Below are positions 40,006 to 49,900 of a stretch of 64,000 nt of DNA, in pieces. The DNA lies in NCBI GenBank assembly GCA_040377305.1, contig JBEIPA010000006.1, positions 32,001-96,000 on the forward strand. Reading direction: 5' to 3'. Source of the stretch: Flavobacteriales bacterium (GTDB lineage: Bacteria > Bacteroidota > Bacteroidia > Palsa-965). Each line of letters begins with the position of its first letter. Position 1 is the stretch's first letter. Below the pieces are notes generated by a model. It saw nothing but the letters and a program-made list of their open reading frames with translations, ran no database searches and was not told the DNA's origin. Both the position numbers and the translations under genes were made by a program.

Positions 40006-40605
40006 ATGTCGCACAACGAAAATATACATCCAACATTTGAACGATTTCTTCGTCGGGAAGACCGGGAAGATATGCTCGGTCAGCACGCGAAAGTAATTTG
40101 GCTAACAGGCTTGTCCGGTTCAGGAAAAACTACGCTTGCCATTGCGCTTGAACAGCAATTGTCCGACGAAGGCAAACTGGTCTACGTACTGGATGGAGAT
40201 AACGTTCGTACAGGAATCAACAGCAATCTCGGATTTTCTGAAGAAGACCGGAAAGAAAATGTACGGCGCATTGCGGAAGTGGCGAAGCTTTTTGCTGATG
40301 CAGGTGTAATTACGATCTGCTGTTTTGTGAGTCCGACCATTGAAATCCGGGAACTCGCGAAAAAAATTATCGGTGAACAGGACTTTCTTGAAGTGTATGT
40401 AAATGCTTCGTTGGAGTCGTGCGAAAAACGTGATGTGAAAGGATTGTATGCAAAGGCGAGAAGTGGCGAACTGAAAGATTTCACTGGAATTCATCAACCG
40501 TTTGAAGCCCCGCTTAACCCTTGGATGGAAATCAAAACAGACACTCAAACTTTAGAGGAGTCTATAGCACAACTTACCGAAGCTGTTCAGAATAGAACTT
40601 ATTGA
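40006..40605 (+). CDS. cysC: Adenylyl-sulfate kinase
   Basis: WLTGLSGSGKTT, LDGDNVR, RDVKGLY, FTGI. Confidence 0.95.
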   Translation: MSHNENIHPTFERFLRREDREDMLGQHAKVIWLTGLSGSGKTTLAIALEQQLSDEGKLVYVLDGDNVRTGINSNLGFSEEDRKENVRRIAEVAKLFADAGVITICCFVSPTIEIRELAKKIIGEQDFLEVYVNASLESCEKRDVKGLYAKARSGELKDFTGIHQPFEAPLNPWMEIKTDTQTLEESIAQLTEAVQNRTY

Positions 40606-40666
40606 TACAATGAAGTCCTGACGTTGATAGTCAGGATTCACGAATTTAAGATTGATAATAATTGCC

Positions 40667-41578
40667 ATGAGTAAAAATTATACACTTAAACATTTACAGG
40701 AGCTCGAATCGGAATCGATTTACGTATTGCGCGAAGTAGCTGCGCAATTTGAGAATCCTGCGTTGCTGTTCTCCGGTGGAAAAGATTCCATCGTGGTGAG
40801 CCACCTGGCACGAAAGGCTTTTGCTCCGGCGAAAATTCCCTTTCCGCTTATGCACATTGATACGGGACATAATTTCCCGGAAACCTTGGAGTATCGCGAC
40901 TGGTGGGCGAATGAAATTGGAGCGAAGTCCATCATTAAATATGTGCAGGATTCTATAGACAAGGGGCGCGCAACGGAAGAGAAAGGAATCAACGCAAGTC
41001 GTAACGTTTTGCAGACGGTAACTCTTCTCGACGCGATTGAAGAACTGAAACTCGATTGTTGCATCGGTGGTGCACGCCGCGATGAAGAGAAAGCACGGGC
41101 GAAAGAACGGTTCTTCTCTCACCGCGATGAATTCGGTCAGTGGGATCCGAAGAACCAGCGTCCGGAATTATGGAACCTGTTCAACGGCAGAAAAAATGTA
41201 GGCGAACACTTCCGCGTATTCCCGATTTCAAACTGGACGGAGATGGATGTGTGGCAATATATCCTCGCAGAAAATATTCCGCTTCCGAAAATCTACTTCT
41301 CGCACAAGCGTAAAGTTTTTATGCGTGATGGGCAATGGCTGGCTGGTGATTTCGATTTTCTCGCGAAGAAACCGACAGAAGTGGTAGAAGAGAAAATTAT
41401 CCGCTTCCGTACGATTGGCGATATTACATGTACGGGTGCAGTAGAATCAACAGCATCAACGCTCGAGGAAATAGTGCAGGAAGTTGCAGCGTCACGCACA
41501 ACCGAACGCGGAACACGTGCTGATGATAAACGTAGCGAAGCTGCAATGGAAGATCGTAAGAAACAAGGCTATTTTTAA
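40667..41578 (+). CDS. cysD: Sulfate adenylyltransferase subunit 2
   Basis: FSGGKDS, GGARRDEEKARAKER, RFRTIGD, MEDRKKQGYF. Confidence 0.96.
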   Translation: MSKNYTLKHLQELESESIYVLREVAAQFENPALLFSGGKDSIVVSHLARKAFAPAKIPFPLMHIDTGHNFPETLEYRDWWANEIGAKSIIKYVQDSIDKGRATEEKGINASRNVLQTVTLLDAIEELKLDCCIGGARRDEEKARAKERFFSHRDEFGQWDPKNQRPELWNLFNGRKNVGEHFRVFPISNWTEMDVWQYILAENIPLPKIYFSHKRKVFMRDGQWLAGDFDFLAKKPTEVVEEKIIRFRTIGDITCTGAVESTASTLEEIVQEVAASRTTERGTRADDKRSEAAMEDRKKQGYF

Positions 41579-41698
41579 GTTCGGAGATAGGAGTTGGGAG
41601 ACGGGAGTAAAATTCCGCTACAATTTCACAACTGAACACAACATACAATTAGTGATATGAGTAATACTACACACCCGGCTCCGAACTCCGAACTCCAA
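41578..41698. repeat. 7-nt periodic hairpin straddling the cysN start
   Basis: agttcggagataggagttgggagacgggag (41578-41608) versus cccggctccgaactccgaactcc (41674-41696). Confidence 0.75.
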
Positions 41699-42952
41699 TC
41701 TTATTTAGACATGGATCTCTTGCGGTTTACCACTGCAGGAAGTGTTGATGACGGAAAATCAACTTTGATCGGACGACTGCTATACGATTCGAAATCGATC
41801 TTCGAAGATCAGTACGAAGCAGTAAAAGCTTCGAGCGAAAAACGTGGCGAAGAATATGTGAACCTCGCACTTCTTACCGACGGATTGCGTGCAGAACGCG
41901 AGCAAGGAATTACGATTGATGTTGCATACCGGTATTTTGCAACACCAAAACGTAAATTCATCATTGCAGATACCCCTGGACATATTCAGTACACACGTAA
42001 CATGGTGACGGGCGCTTCCACAGCAAATCTTGCAATCATTCTCATTGATGCGCGCAAAGGTGTGATTGAACAAACCATGCGTCACACGTTCATCGCTTCC
42101 TTGTTGCGCATTCCGCACATTGTTGTTTGCGTGAACAAAATGGATTTGGTCGAGTATAAAGAAGAGGTCTACAACTCCATCAGGAAAGATTACCAGGCTT
42201 TTGCATCGAAACTGGATTCAATCGACATTCACTTCCTGCCAATTTCTGCCCTGAACGGAGACAACGTTGTTGATCGCTCAGACAAGATGCCGTGGTATGA
42301 AGGTTCTACCCTGCTCTATCTGCTGGAGAATATTCACATTGCATCCGACCACAATCACATCGATTGCCGCTTTCCGGTACAATATGTAATTCGCCCAATG
42401 AGTAACGAACATCACGACTATCGCGGATTCGCTGGTCGTGTTGCAGGTGGTATTTTCAAGACAGGCGATAAAGTCACTGTGCTTCCTTCCGGATTTCAAT
42501 CGAAAGTAAAGTCAATTGACACGTTTTCCGGACCCATCGAAGAAGCATTTGCACCAATGAGTGTGACACTTACACTTGAAGATGAAATTGATATTTCCAG
42601 AGGTGATATGATCGTGCGGGAGAATAATCAGCCGCATGTTTCTCAGGATCTGGATGCAATGATCTGCTGGTTCCATTCAAAACCGCTTCAGGCAAACAGC
42701 AAGTTTGTAATTCGTCATACTTCCCGGGAAGCACGTTGCATGGTGAAAGAAATTCAGTACAAAGTCGACATCAACACACTTCATCGTCTGGAGGATGATA
42801 AAAACATACAGATGAATGATATTGCGAGAATCAGGATTCGCACTACAATTCCGTTGCTGTTCGATAGTTATTCGCGCAACAGAAATACCGGGGGAATAAT
42901 TTTGGTTGATGAAGCAACGAATGAAACGGTGGCGGCTGGAATGATTGTCTAA
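41657..42952 (+). CDS. cysN: Sulfate adenylyltransferase subunit 1 (GTPase)
   Basis: GSVDDGKST, EQGITIDVAYRYF, DTPGH, NKMD. Confidence 0.96.
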   Translation: MSNTTHPAPNSELQSYLDMDLLRFTTAGSVDDGKSTLIGRLLYDSKSIFEDQYEAVKASSEKRGEEYVNLALLTDGLRAEREQGITIDVAYRYFATPKRKFIIADTPGHIQYTRNMVTGASTANLAIILIDARKGVIEQTMRHTFIASLLRIPHIVVCVNKMDLVEYKEEVYNSIRKDYQAFASKLDSIDIHFLPISALNGDNVVDRSDKMPWYEGSTLLYLLENIHIASDHNHIDCRFPVQYVIRPMSNEHHDYRGFAGRVAGGIFKTGDKVTVLPSGFQSKVKSIDTFSGPIEEAFAPMSVTLTLEDEIDISRGDMIVRENNQPHVSQDLDAMICWFHSKPLQANSKFVIRHTSREARCMVKEIQYKVDINTLHRLEDDKNIQMNDIARIRIRTTIPLLFDSYSRNRNTGGIILVDEATNETVAAGMIV

Positions 42953-42978
42953 CTTGTAAAACCCCAACATCACCGCTG

Positions 42979-43602
42979 ATGAAAAAGACGCTTGCATTGT
43001 TCGCCACACTTCTCTACCTGACATCAACTGCACAAGTCATTGATAAAGGTGACTTCATTATTCAAGCGGGTGGTGGTCTCAGTATTTATCACCATCAATT
43101 TACCGATCTGACAAATAACGTGGTTAACGATCGCGACACTTCCGGCTCGTGGTCATTCCCGTTCCAGCTCGAATATGGAGTAAACCGTTGGCTCGGTGGT
43201 GGACTTGCGTTCACGTACAATGCATTCATAGAAGGAGACAGTAGCGGTAACGATAAAGCCACTACAATCGACATTGTTCCAACCGCACATCTTCACGTGC
43301 CGTGGGGCCTGAAACATTTTGATTTCACTGCGAGTGTAGGATTTGGATACATTGCTTTCAAATACACTATTGACGAACCGAACAATCCCGTTGCAAAAGC
43401 TGGAGGCACCGTTCTCGTTATAGGAGTTAATCCCCGTTTGTATTTCGGTGAAAGTGCGCGATTCGGAATCACCGCCTGGTATCGTTACACCAAACACAAT
43501 TTCAAAGAAGGAACGGTGAGTGATGACAACAACTTGGAATACAAGTTCAAGCTGGAAGGTCCGGGCAATGGTTTCGGACTCGGATTGGTTTTTAAAATTT
43601 AG
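42979..43602 (+). CDS. Outer-membrane beta-barrel protein
   Basis: Signal peptide, amphipathic strands, C-terminal GLGLVFKI. Confidence 0.75.
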   Translation: MKKTLALFATLLYLTSTAQVIDKGDFIIQAGGGLSIYHHQFTDLTNNVVNDRDTSGSWSFPFQLEYGVNRWLGGGLAFTYNAFIEGDSSGNDKATTIDIVPTAHLHVPWGLKHFDFTASVGFGYIAFKYTIDEPNNPVAKAGGTVLVIGVNPRLYFGESARFGITAWYRYTKHNFKEGTVSDDNNLEYKFKLEGPGNGFGLGLVFKI

Positions 43603-43604
43603 CG

Positions 43605-44114
43605 ATGTACATTTTCGAATCAGAACGGTTTCGCTTTCGCGAGCTCACGGGTGATGACGCGCAGTTTGGTTTCGACCTCAACAGCGATCCGGAAGTCAAT
43701 CAATACACGGGCGATCCTGCATTTGAATCCGTTGAAGAAGCGCGCGCGTTTATGGATGCGTACACTGAAACGTATCGTCGCAATCGCTGTGGCCGCTGGG
43801 GAATGGAATTGAAATCAACCGGCGAACTTGTTGGTTGGTGCGGATTGAAATTTCACCCGAATGAACAAGTGCATGATGTCGGCTATCGTCTCTTCAAAAA
43901 ACATTGGGGAAAAGGTTACGCCAGTGAAGCTTGTCAACGCACAATCGAATTCGGTTTCCAGGACATGAACCTCGCACGCATAGTTGCGCATGCGCGAAAA
44001 GAAAATTCCGCATCCCTCCGTGTGTTGGAGAAATGCGGAATGAAGGTGATTGGTGAAGGAAAAGAATGCGGAGGAGATATTTTTATTTTTGAAATTATCT
44101 ATCCGAAGTCCTGA
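43605..44114 (+). CDS. GNAT acetyltransferase (RimJ/RimL-like)
   Basis: ESERFRFRE...VGWCGL...GYRL...WGKGYASE...ENSASLRVLEKCGM. Confidence 0.9.
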   Translation: MYIFESERFRFRELTGDDAQFGFDLNSDPEVNQYTGDPAFESVEEARAFMDAYTETYRRNRCGRWGMELKSTGELVGWCGLKFHPNEQVHDVGYRLFKKHWGKGYASEACQRTIEFGFQDMNLARIVAHARKENSASLRVLEKCGMKVIGEGKECGGDIFIFEIIYPKS

Positions 44115-44116
44115 TC

Positions 44117-44905
44117 CTACTTAATCAATGGCGAAACCGTTTCAGTGATTTCCTTTGCGGTTTCAACAATCAACTTGTTGTATTCGTTAAAGCCGTATGC
44201 GAGTCCATTCTGCATCGTGCTGATTGCTCCGCCAAAAGCGAATGCATGGTGCGATGCAACTGCGCTCTGTGTCGGAGATCTCGATACATCACCGAAATAA
44301 GGATCATAAAAACCCGGTTGATACGAAGCGGTAATCTTCTCATCGCTATGCGCAACCTTGTTTACAGTTCCCGTCTTCACAACCGTTTCCCCTTTTTTCA
44401 GTTCGTACGTAACCGTCAAACCCAGGTCGGTTGGTGTACACGACTCTTTCTTCGAACCGAAAGTAATAATGAACAACACAATGATGTATCCTTTGTTGTT
44501 GTACTTGAACTTGAAGTTGGAGCTGTCCACCTTTAAGTTGAGTGTGTAGTTGTCTGCAGGAGACAATTTTTTAGCACTCAGTTCATTTTCAACAGCCGCC
44601 TTCAGATTCTCTTCCATCGGATCCTGCAAAGACGTTTCTCCTGGTTTGAGTGTAAGCTTCTTCCCAAAGAAAGCAACGAAAGGCAAAGGAACTACATAGC
44701 CGCTTTTATCTGCGAGAAGTCCTTTTTCCGGAATTCCCACAACATCATCTGCCGATGTTACTGAAACCGTTACAGAAGCCGGCGCAGCACCCGCAGTAAG
44801 CGAGGGTAATTGTTGCGTGTCCATCCACAATCCAACATTCTTATACGAAGTACAGGCAGTAAACAGTATTCCAACCGCGAGTAGCGGCAGCATAATTTTT
44901 TTCAT
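44117..44905 (-). CDS. Hypothetical lipoprotein
   Basis: MKKIMLPLLAVGILFTAC lipobox. Confidence 0.75.
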   Translation of the reverse strand: MKKIMLPLLAVGILFTACTSYKNVGLWMDTQQLPSLTAGAAPASVTVSVTSADDVVGIPEKGLLADKSGYVVPLPFVAFFGKKLTLKPGETSLQDPMEENLKAAVENELSAKKLSPADNYTLNLKVDSSNFKFKYNNKGYIIVLFIITFGSKKESCTPTDLGLTVTYELKKGETVVKTGTVNKVAHSDEKITASYQPGFYDPYFGDVSRSPTQSAVASHHAFAFGGAISTMQNGLAYGFNEYNKLIVETAKEITETVSPLIK

Positions 44906-44993
44906 AGGTAGGAGTTTCAGCGTTTTAAGGACACAATGTATTAATCGTCCGGCAAAGTATCGATACCAATTAGAGGAAAGTCGTTGGACAACT

Positions 44994-45458
44994 CTAGGAC
45001 ACCGCGCAAATCATGTCCAGATGTGGAATATCATCTTCCAAATACTCCTCTTTCTCACTCCGCTTAAATCCAAACTTCTCATAATATTTCTTCAAATAGC
45101 TCTGCGCTGAAATACGAACCGGCACATCACCAAAGTGATCTTTAATGTACTGCATGGTTTTTTCCATGAGCATCATTCCTGCTCCTGTACCTCGAACAGT
45201 TGAAGACGTTGCCACTCTTCCGATCGAAACTTCATCGTAAGAAACACCCTGCGGAAGAATGCGAGCTACCGCAACGAGTTCTCCGTTGAGCCAACCCATC
45301 ACGTGCATACTGTATTCGTCTTTGTAATCGGGATCCTGATAAGGACACTTTTGCTCAACGACAAATATAGCCGCGCGCAAGGCGAGGACAGCGTGTATTT
45401 CCCCTGCGCTCATGTCGCGGAACTTCTTGCATTGCCAGGTAATTGCTGCGTTGCTCAT
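44994..45458 (-). CDS. ElaA-family GNAT acetyltransferase
   Basis: LRAAIFVVEQKCPYQDPD...IGRV...ISAQSYL...YLEDDIPH. Confidence 0.9.
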   Translation of the reverse strand: MSNAAITWQCKKFRDMSAGEIHAVLALRAAIFVVEQKCPYQDPDYKDEYSMHVMGWLNGELVAVARILPQGVSYDEVSIGRVATSSTVRGTGAGMMLMEKTMQYIKDHFGDVPVRISAQSYLKKYYEKFGFKRSEKEEYLEDDIPHLDMICAVS

Positions 45459-45841
45459 TGGGGTTGCAAAAATTTAATTCGCTTAGCCAAAATACGGTAT
45501 AGCAGTACACCGCTAACCGCTCCGAACGAATTCGCAACGAAATCATACAGGTCTGCAGAACGATCCTGAAAAAATGTGCCCTGCATGATTTCCAGCAATC
45601 CTCCATACGGAATAGCAATCGCCAGTGCGAATAAAACCGTGGTAATATGAGCCACTCGCAAATAAGCGAATTTCATTCCCCGCATCAGCAGAATGACCAG
45701 CACGAAAAATATTCCGGCGTGAACCCACTTGTCGAACGCGAGCATCTCCAAAAAAGAAATGTGCGGAATATCCCTTCCCGGCATCGCACATGCCACGAAG
45801 ATGAAAATGAACCAAACGATTGCAGGGAGAAAATACTTCAT
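45455..45841 (-). CDS. VanZ family protein
   Basis: DKWVH...YGGLLEIMQ...RSADLYDFVANSFG. Confidence 0.88.
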   Translation of the reverse strand: MKYFLPAIVWFIFIFVACAMPGRDIPHISFLEMLAFDKWVHAGIFFVLVILLMRGMKFAYLRVAHITTVLFALAIAIPYGGLLEIMQGTFFQDRSADLYDFVANSFGAVSGVLLYRILAKRIKFLQPQ

Positions 45842-45847
45842 GCTATT

Positions 45848-45980
45848 ATTCGAAAATTTGAAGATTCGAGATTCGAATCCGCGTGCTATAATACAACGTT
45901 CCGCGAGAAATATGGAATGAAAAAACCCGGTGATCTAAACCGGGTTTATTTTCGAATATTCAAATTTTCAAATCCTCGGA
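45848..45980. repeat. 8-nt periodic inverted repeat enclosing the gcvH terminator
   Basis: attcgaaaatttgaagattcga ... ttcgaatattcaaattttcaaatc. Confidence 0.6.
45920..45947 (-). terminator. Intrinsic terminator after gcvH
   Basis: aaacccggt / accgggttt stem with a minus-strand U tract. Confidence 0.7.
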
Positions 45981-46361
45981 TTATTGGCCAACCATCGCTC
46001 TGTAAGCTGTTGCGTCCATCAATCCTGCAACTTCAGAAGCATTGCTCATTTCCACTTTAATCATCCAGCCTTTTCCATAAGGATCTGTATTCACGTCTTG
46101 TGGATTAGCATCAATGCCATCATTCTTTGCTGTTATTGTTCCAGAAACCGGCATGAACAAATCAGAAACTGTTTTCACCGCTTCTACTGTTCCGAAAACT
46201 TCGTGCTGGTTCATTGACTCCCCAACTGTTTCGATTTCAACGTAAACGATGTCACCCAATTCGCCTTGCGCGAAATCAGTAACGCCGATTGTTGCTGTGT
46301 TTCCTTCGATAAGAACCCACTCGTGGTCCTTCGTGTATTTAAGATTGTCAGGGAAGTTCAT
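45981..46361 (-). CDS. gcvH: Glycine cleavage system H protein
   Basis: YTKDHEW, GVTDFAQ, VEAVKTVSD lipoyl-Lys motif, PYGKGW; promoter box TACATTTG at 46381-46388. Confidence 0.96.
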   Translation of the reverse strand: MNFPDNLKYTKDHEWVLIEGNTATIGVTDFAQGELGDIVYVEIETVGESMNQHEVFGTVEAVKTVSDLFMPVSGTITAKNDGIDANPQDVNTDPYGKGWMIKVEMSNASEVAGLMDATAYRAMVGQ

Positions 46362-46411
46362 AGTGCTTTTTTATGGTGAACAAATGTAACCAAAAAATGA
46401 ATCGTCAGTCC

Positions 46412-46957
46412 TCATTTTGGGGATTTTGCCAATGAAACGACAACCTTAAATAGCCGCTCCATATCCTTGCCAGCCGGAGCCATACAATTGATATAGATGA
46501 AACCACTCTGTGTTTTGATCGAACCTACACGCGCAATACATCTAACTGCAATTAGCGGATAATCTGTGAACACCTCGTAATTTCCCAATACGAGCAAAGA
46601 AGTAGTTCCAATCTGAAGCGTTCCTGGAACTGGCCCTTGTCTGTATTTCCACTCCATCTTGAGCTGTGCGCATTTACAGGTGTCACCAATCAAAAAGAAA
46701 GAAAAAGATGAATCCGTAGTTTGGGTCATTCGATACTCTTTCGGCAATCGAATCGTATATCCGGTATTTCCAAGAATCAACAAACTGTCCTCTAGTGCAT
46801 TCTCGTTTGCAACCTGAATATTGATCTCAGAAATCACTGGGATGGTATCCGATGCGCGCTCCCCTTCTGAATTTGATGGAGACAGATTGGCAACTAACAA
46901 AACTGCGCTGATGACAAAAATCACCAGCGCAGTTAATATCACATTATCACGATTCAT
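46412..46957 (-). CDS. Hypothetical membrane-anchored protein
   Basis: 181-aa ORF with N-terminal hydrophobic helix; start overlaps the sprA stop (TAATG). Confidence 0.6.
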   Translation of the reverse strand: MNRDNVILTALVIFVISAVLLVANLSPSNSEGERASDTIPVISEINIQVANENALEDSLLILGNTGYTIRLPKEYRMTQTTDSSFSFFLIGDTCKCAQLKMEWKYRQGPVPGTLQIGTTSLLVLGNYEVFTDYPLIAVRCIARVGSIKTQSGFIYINCMAPAGKDMERLFKVVVSLAKSPK

Positions 46958-49900
46958 TATTGCAGCAGGAATCTCAAACTCAACCCTGCATTCGTGTTCG
47001 CCGTTTTGAACGAAGACGATACAAGTGGATTCGTCATCACGCGATCGCAGAAGAAACGAACGATCAACTTGTCTGTCATCTGATAATCGGCAGAGGTCTT
47101 GATCGAAAGAATGTTCTGTCCCGCTGTGAGTACGTTGATTTCCTCAACACTCTTACGGATCACCGTTTGGTTGTTACGGAATGAAACGTCTGCACGTAAG
47201 TTCAAATCACTCTTCGGAATAGAAATCTTTCCTCCCATGAACTTCTTGAAGAACTTCAACTCCAGCTGCGGAATACGATAACCCATTCCGAACACGTATT
47301 CTTTTCCACTCACCTCTGTAAGCTGGGTGTTCGCAAGGCTAAGGCTCAATGTGCGGTCTTTCTTGAACTCAAACTTCGTAGAGAAATTACGCTTGCCAGC
47401 CCAGACAACATCGATGCTGATCATTGGTGTAAACTGCTCAGAGATCTGAACCGAACCAATCTGATACTTGCTTTCGAAGTCGAGGCTTACGTTACGCGCT
47501 TCTGTGAAGCCATCCTGATCTCCATCAGAGTGATTGAGGTTCGTCAGGAATCCGCTTACCGAATACGTTGAACGATACGTGTGACCAAAAGTAACCGTTT
47601 TGAAAAACTTACGGATTTTAGGAATCTTCGTGAGTCCGTCGTACGTGATGCGCCAGTTCGGCAATGGCATGGCAGGGAAAACTCCTTTTTGACCTACCGG
47701 TTGGTTTGCTGCATTCTTTCCGGTGTAAGCCGCGAGGAATGCAGGAATCAAAACATCCTGAGAAACCCGTGAGTAGCCATCTGCGAAACCATCTGTGTTA
47801 ATACCAGTTGAGTAAGGACTTTCAACACCCATACGTCCGGAAACAACCGCGCGATTATTAAGGAACTGCTCAAACACAGGTGAGTTGTGATCCTTGTCGT
47901 CACCTTTGAATGCCGTGTTCCAGGTGATGATCGATACGCTGTAGCTTCCTGTTTCAGTTGTCGACTGACGAAGGAATTCATTAATGGTTTCATCCCAGCG
48001 GTAGAACTCACTTCTGTTCAATGAATTTGTCTTGCTTATGTTCAGTTCGATTTTCACATCCGGGAATGGCTCAAGCGCTGCACGTCCCGTGAGGTTTTGT
48101 GTATTGCCTCGCGTGTATGGAACATAGATCGATTGCTCTTGCACGAGCCATCCGTTTGCTTCAGCATACAATGGGAAATCCTGGTCTTTGTTCGGTCCGA
48201 AATGTTGTTGCTTTCCGAAGAGGAACCCAAGTCCCGGTGCTGAAAACTTCTCATCGAATCCAAGTAACTGCGTACGCGGTTTGTATCCCGGCAATGCAAG
48301 TGTTGAATTGTTCGAGTAGTTCACCGACACCGTTCTCAACGTCATCACAGCACGTGCGATGTATTCAACGATTTCATACTGGTCGTTGTCTTTCTTCGTT
48401 GTGTCTTTCGGTGCATTCGGTTTCGGTGCTGGTTGTGCTCCGATCTTCTTATTGTTTACTTTCTTCAGGTACGGAATCTTGTTGTACAACGTAACCATGT
48501 TCAGTTGACCGGTGAGTGTCCACTGGGCGTTGTTGCCGATGGAGTTCCCGATTGAATCTGCAGCCAACGGTCCACGAGTCCAGGTGTAACCTGTCTGGTA
48601 ACGCGCGTTCGCAGTTATCCAATCGAATACAGGAATCTTGTTTATCGGAACGGTGTATGAGAAATTCGACTGGTGATGATACGTCATCGTAGTACCGAAT
48701 CCACGGATATTGCTGATGAGCGTATCCTGCTTCTCAGGTGTATCAATCTTTCCATACGGCTCAAGAACCTGTGCCATGTTATCGGCACTGAAATCGAATT
48801 TCAGGTTCTTCGTGATGTCCCAGCGGATATCATAATTTCTGTTCCACACGAAATTCTTGTTGAAGTTCGTCGGCGTGAAAATGTCGTTGTAACCTGTAAT
48901 GTTACGCTGCTTCATTTCACTAAACGTACGATTCAGATCCATCGATGCACCCATGGATGCAGGCAACGGAGCAAGCTGGAATTCGCGCATGATCGTCATC
49001 CATTTGCCTTTCGCCCACTTCTTCTTCTCGAATGGTTTCCACGGTTTCATCTGCGGCTGGTAAGACCATGTAAGTCCGCCTCTGTGATTTTTTGCTGACG
49101 AATACTCGATATTCACGTTGTGACGATACACTTCTGTGTACGCGTAACTCGCTGTGAAATTCGATATATCCCAGATGTTCGACTTACCACCCTTAGCTTT
49201 CTCTTTGTGAACGTTCGTGAAGTTGAGCGATTTTCGTCGTGTATAATCTACCGTCGCGCCACGTATTGAGTCGCGCGCATTGTCTCCCAAATCTTCATTC
49301 GAAAGAACAGGCGCCAACAGAATGTCCGGATCAAGCGGATTGAACTGCGGTGTAATGAATGTTTCACCGTAACCCCAGAAAAGTGGCAAACGAATTCCTG
49401 TTTTCTCAGGGAAGAAACGTCCAAGCTCGAGCTGTGTTGATACGTCGTAGTTCATTTGCTTCTCGCGCAAACGATCACTTACTTTCTTCTCGATGCTTCC
49501 GAAACCTGGAGTTGCCATGTTACCCGACAGGTTCACGATACCGAAGTCAGCAAGCTTAGCAGTAACTCGTGCAGTTGCAGCCCAACCGCCGTCTTCGTTG
49601 AAATCTGTCAAACGTAATTCGTTGAACCAAACTTCCGCACACTTCGACAATCCGTCGTCCGATCCCTGGTTCGCGCTTGTCATTTTCGGATTGCGGATAC
49701 CTAGCATAAATACTTTGATTGATGCAAGGTTTGGATTTCCTTTAACTGTAACGCGACGTTCAGGATGATCAGGATCTACCACTGAGTATTCTGCAGTCAA
49801 TGATGCGGTACCGTTTGCAATGGCGATGTTACGCTGCTGTTTTGCATACTGGAGCAACTCGAATGAAAGTTCCATCGTATTTGCATCCGGCCAAACTTGT

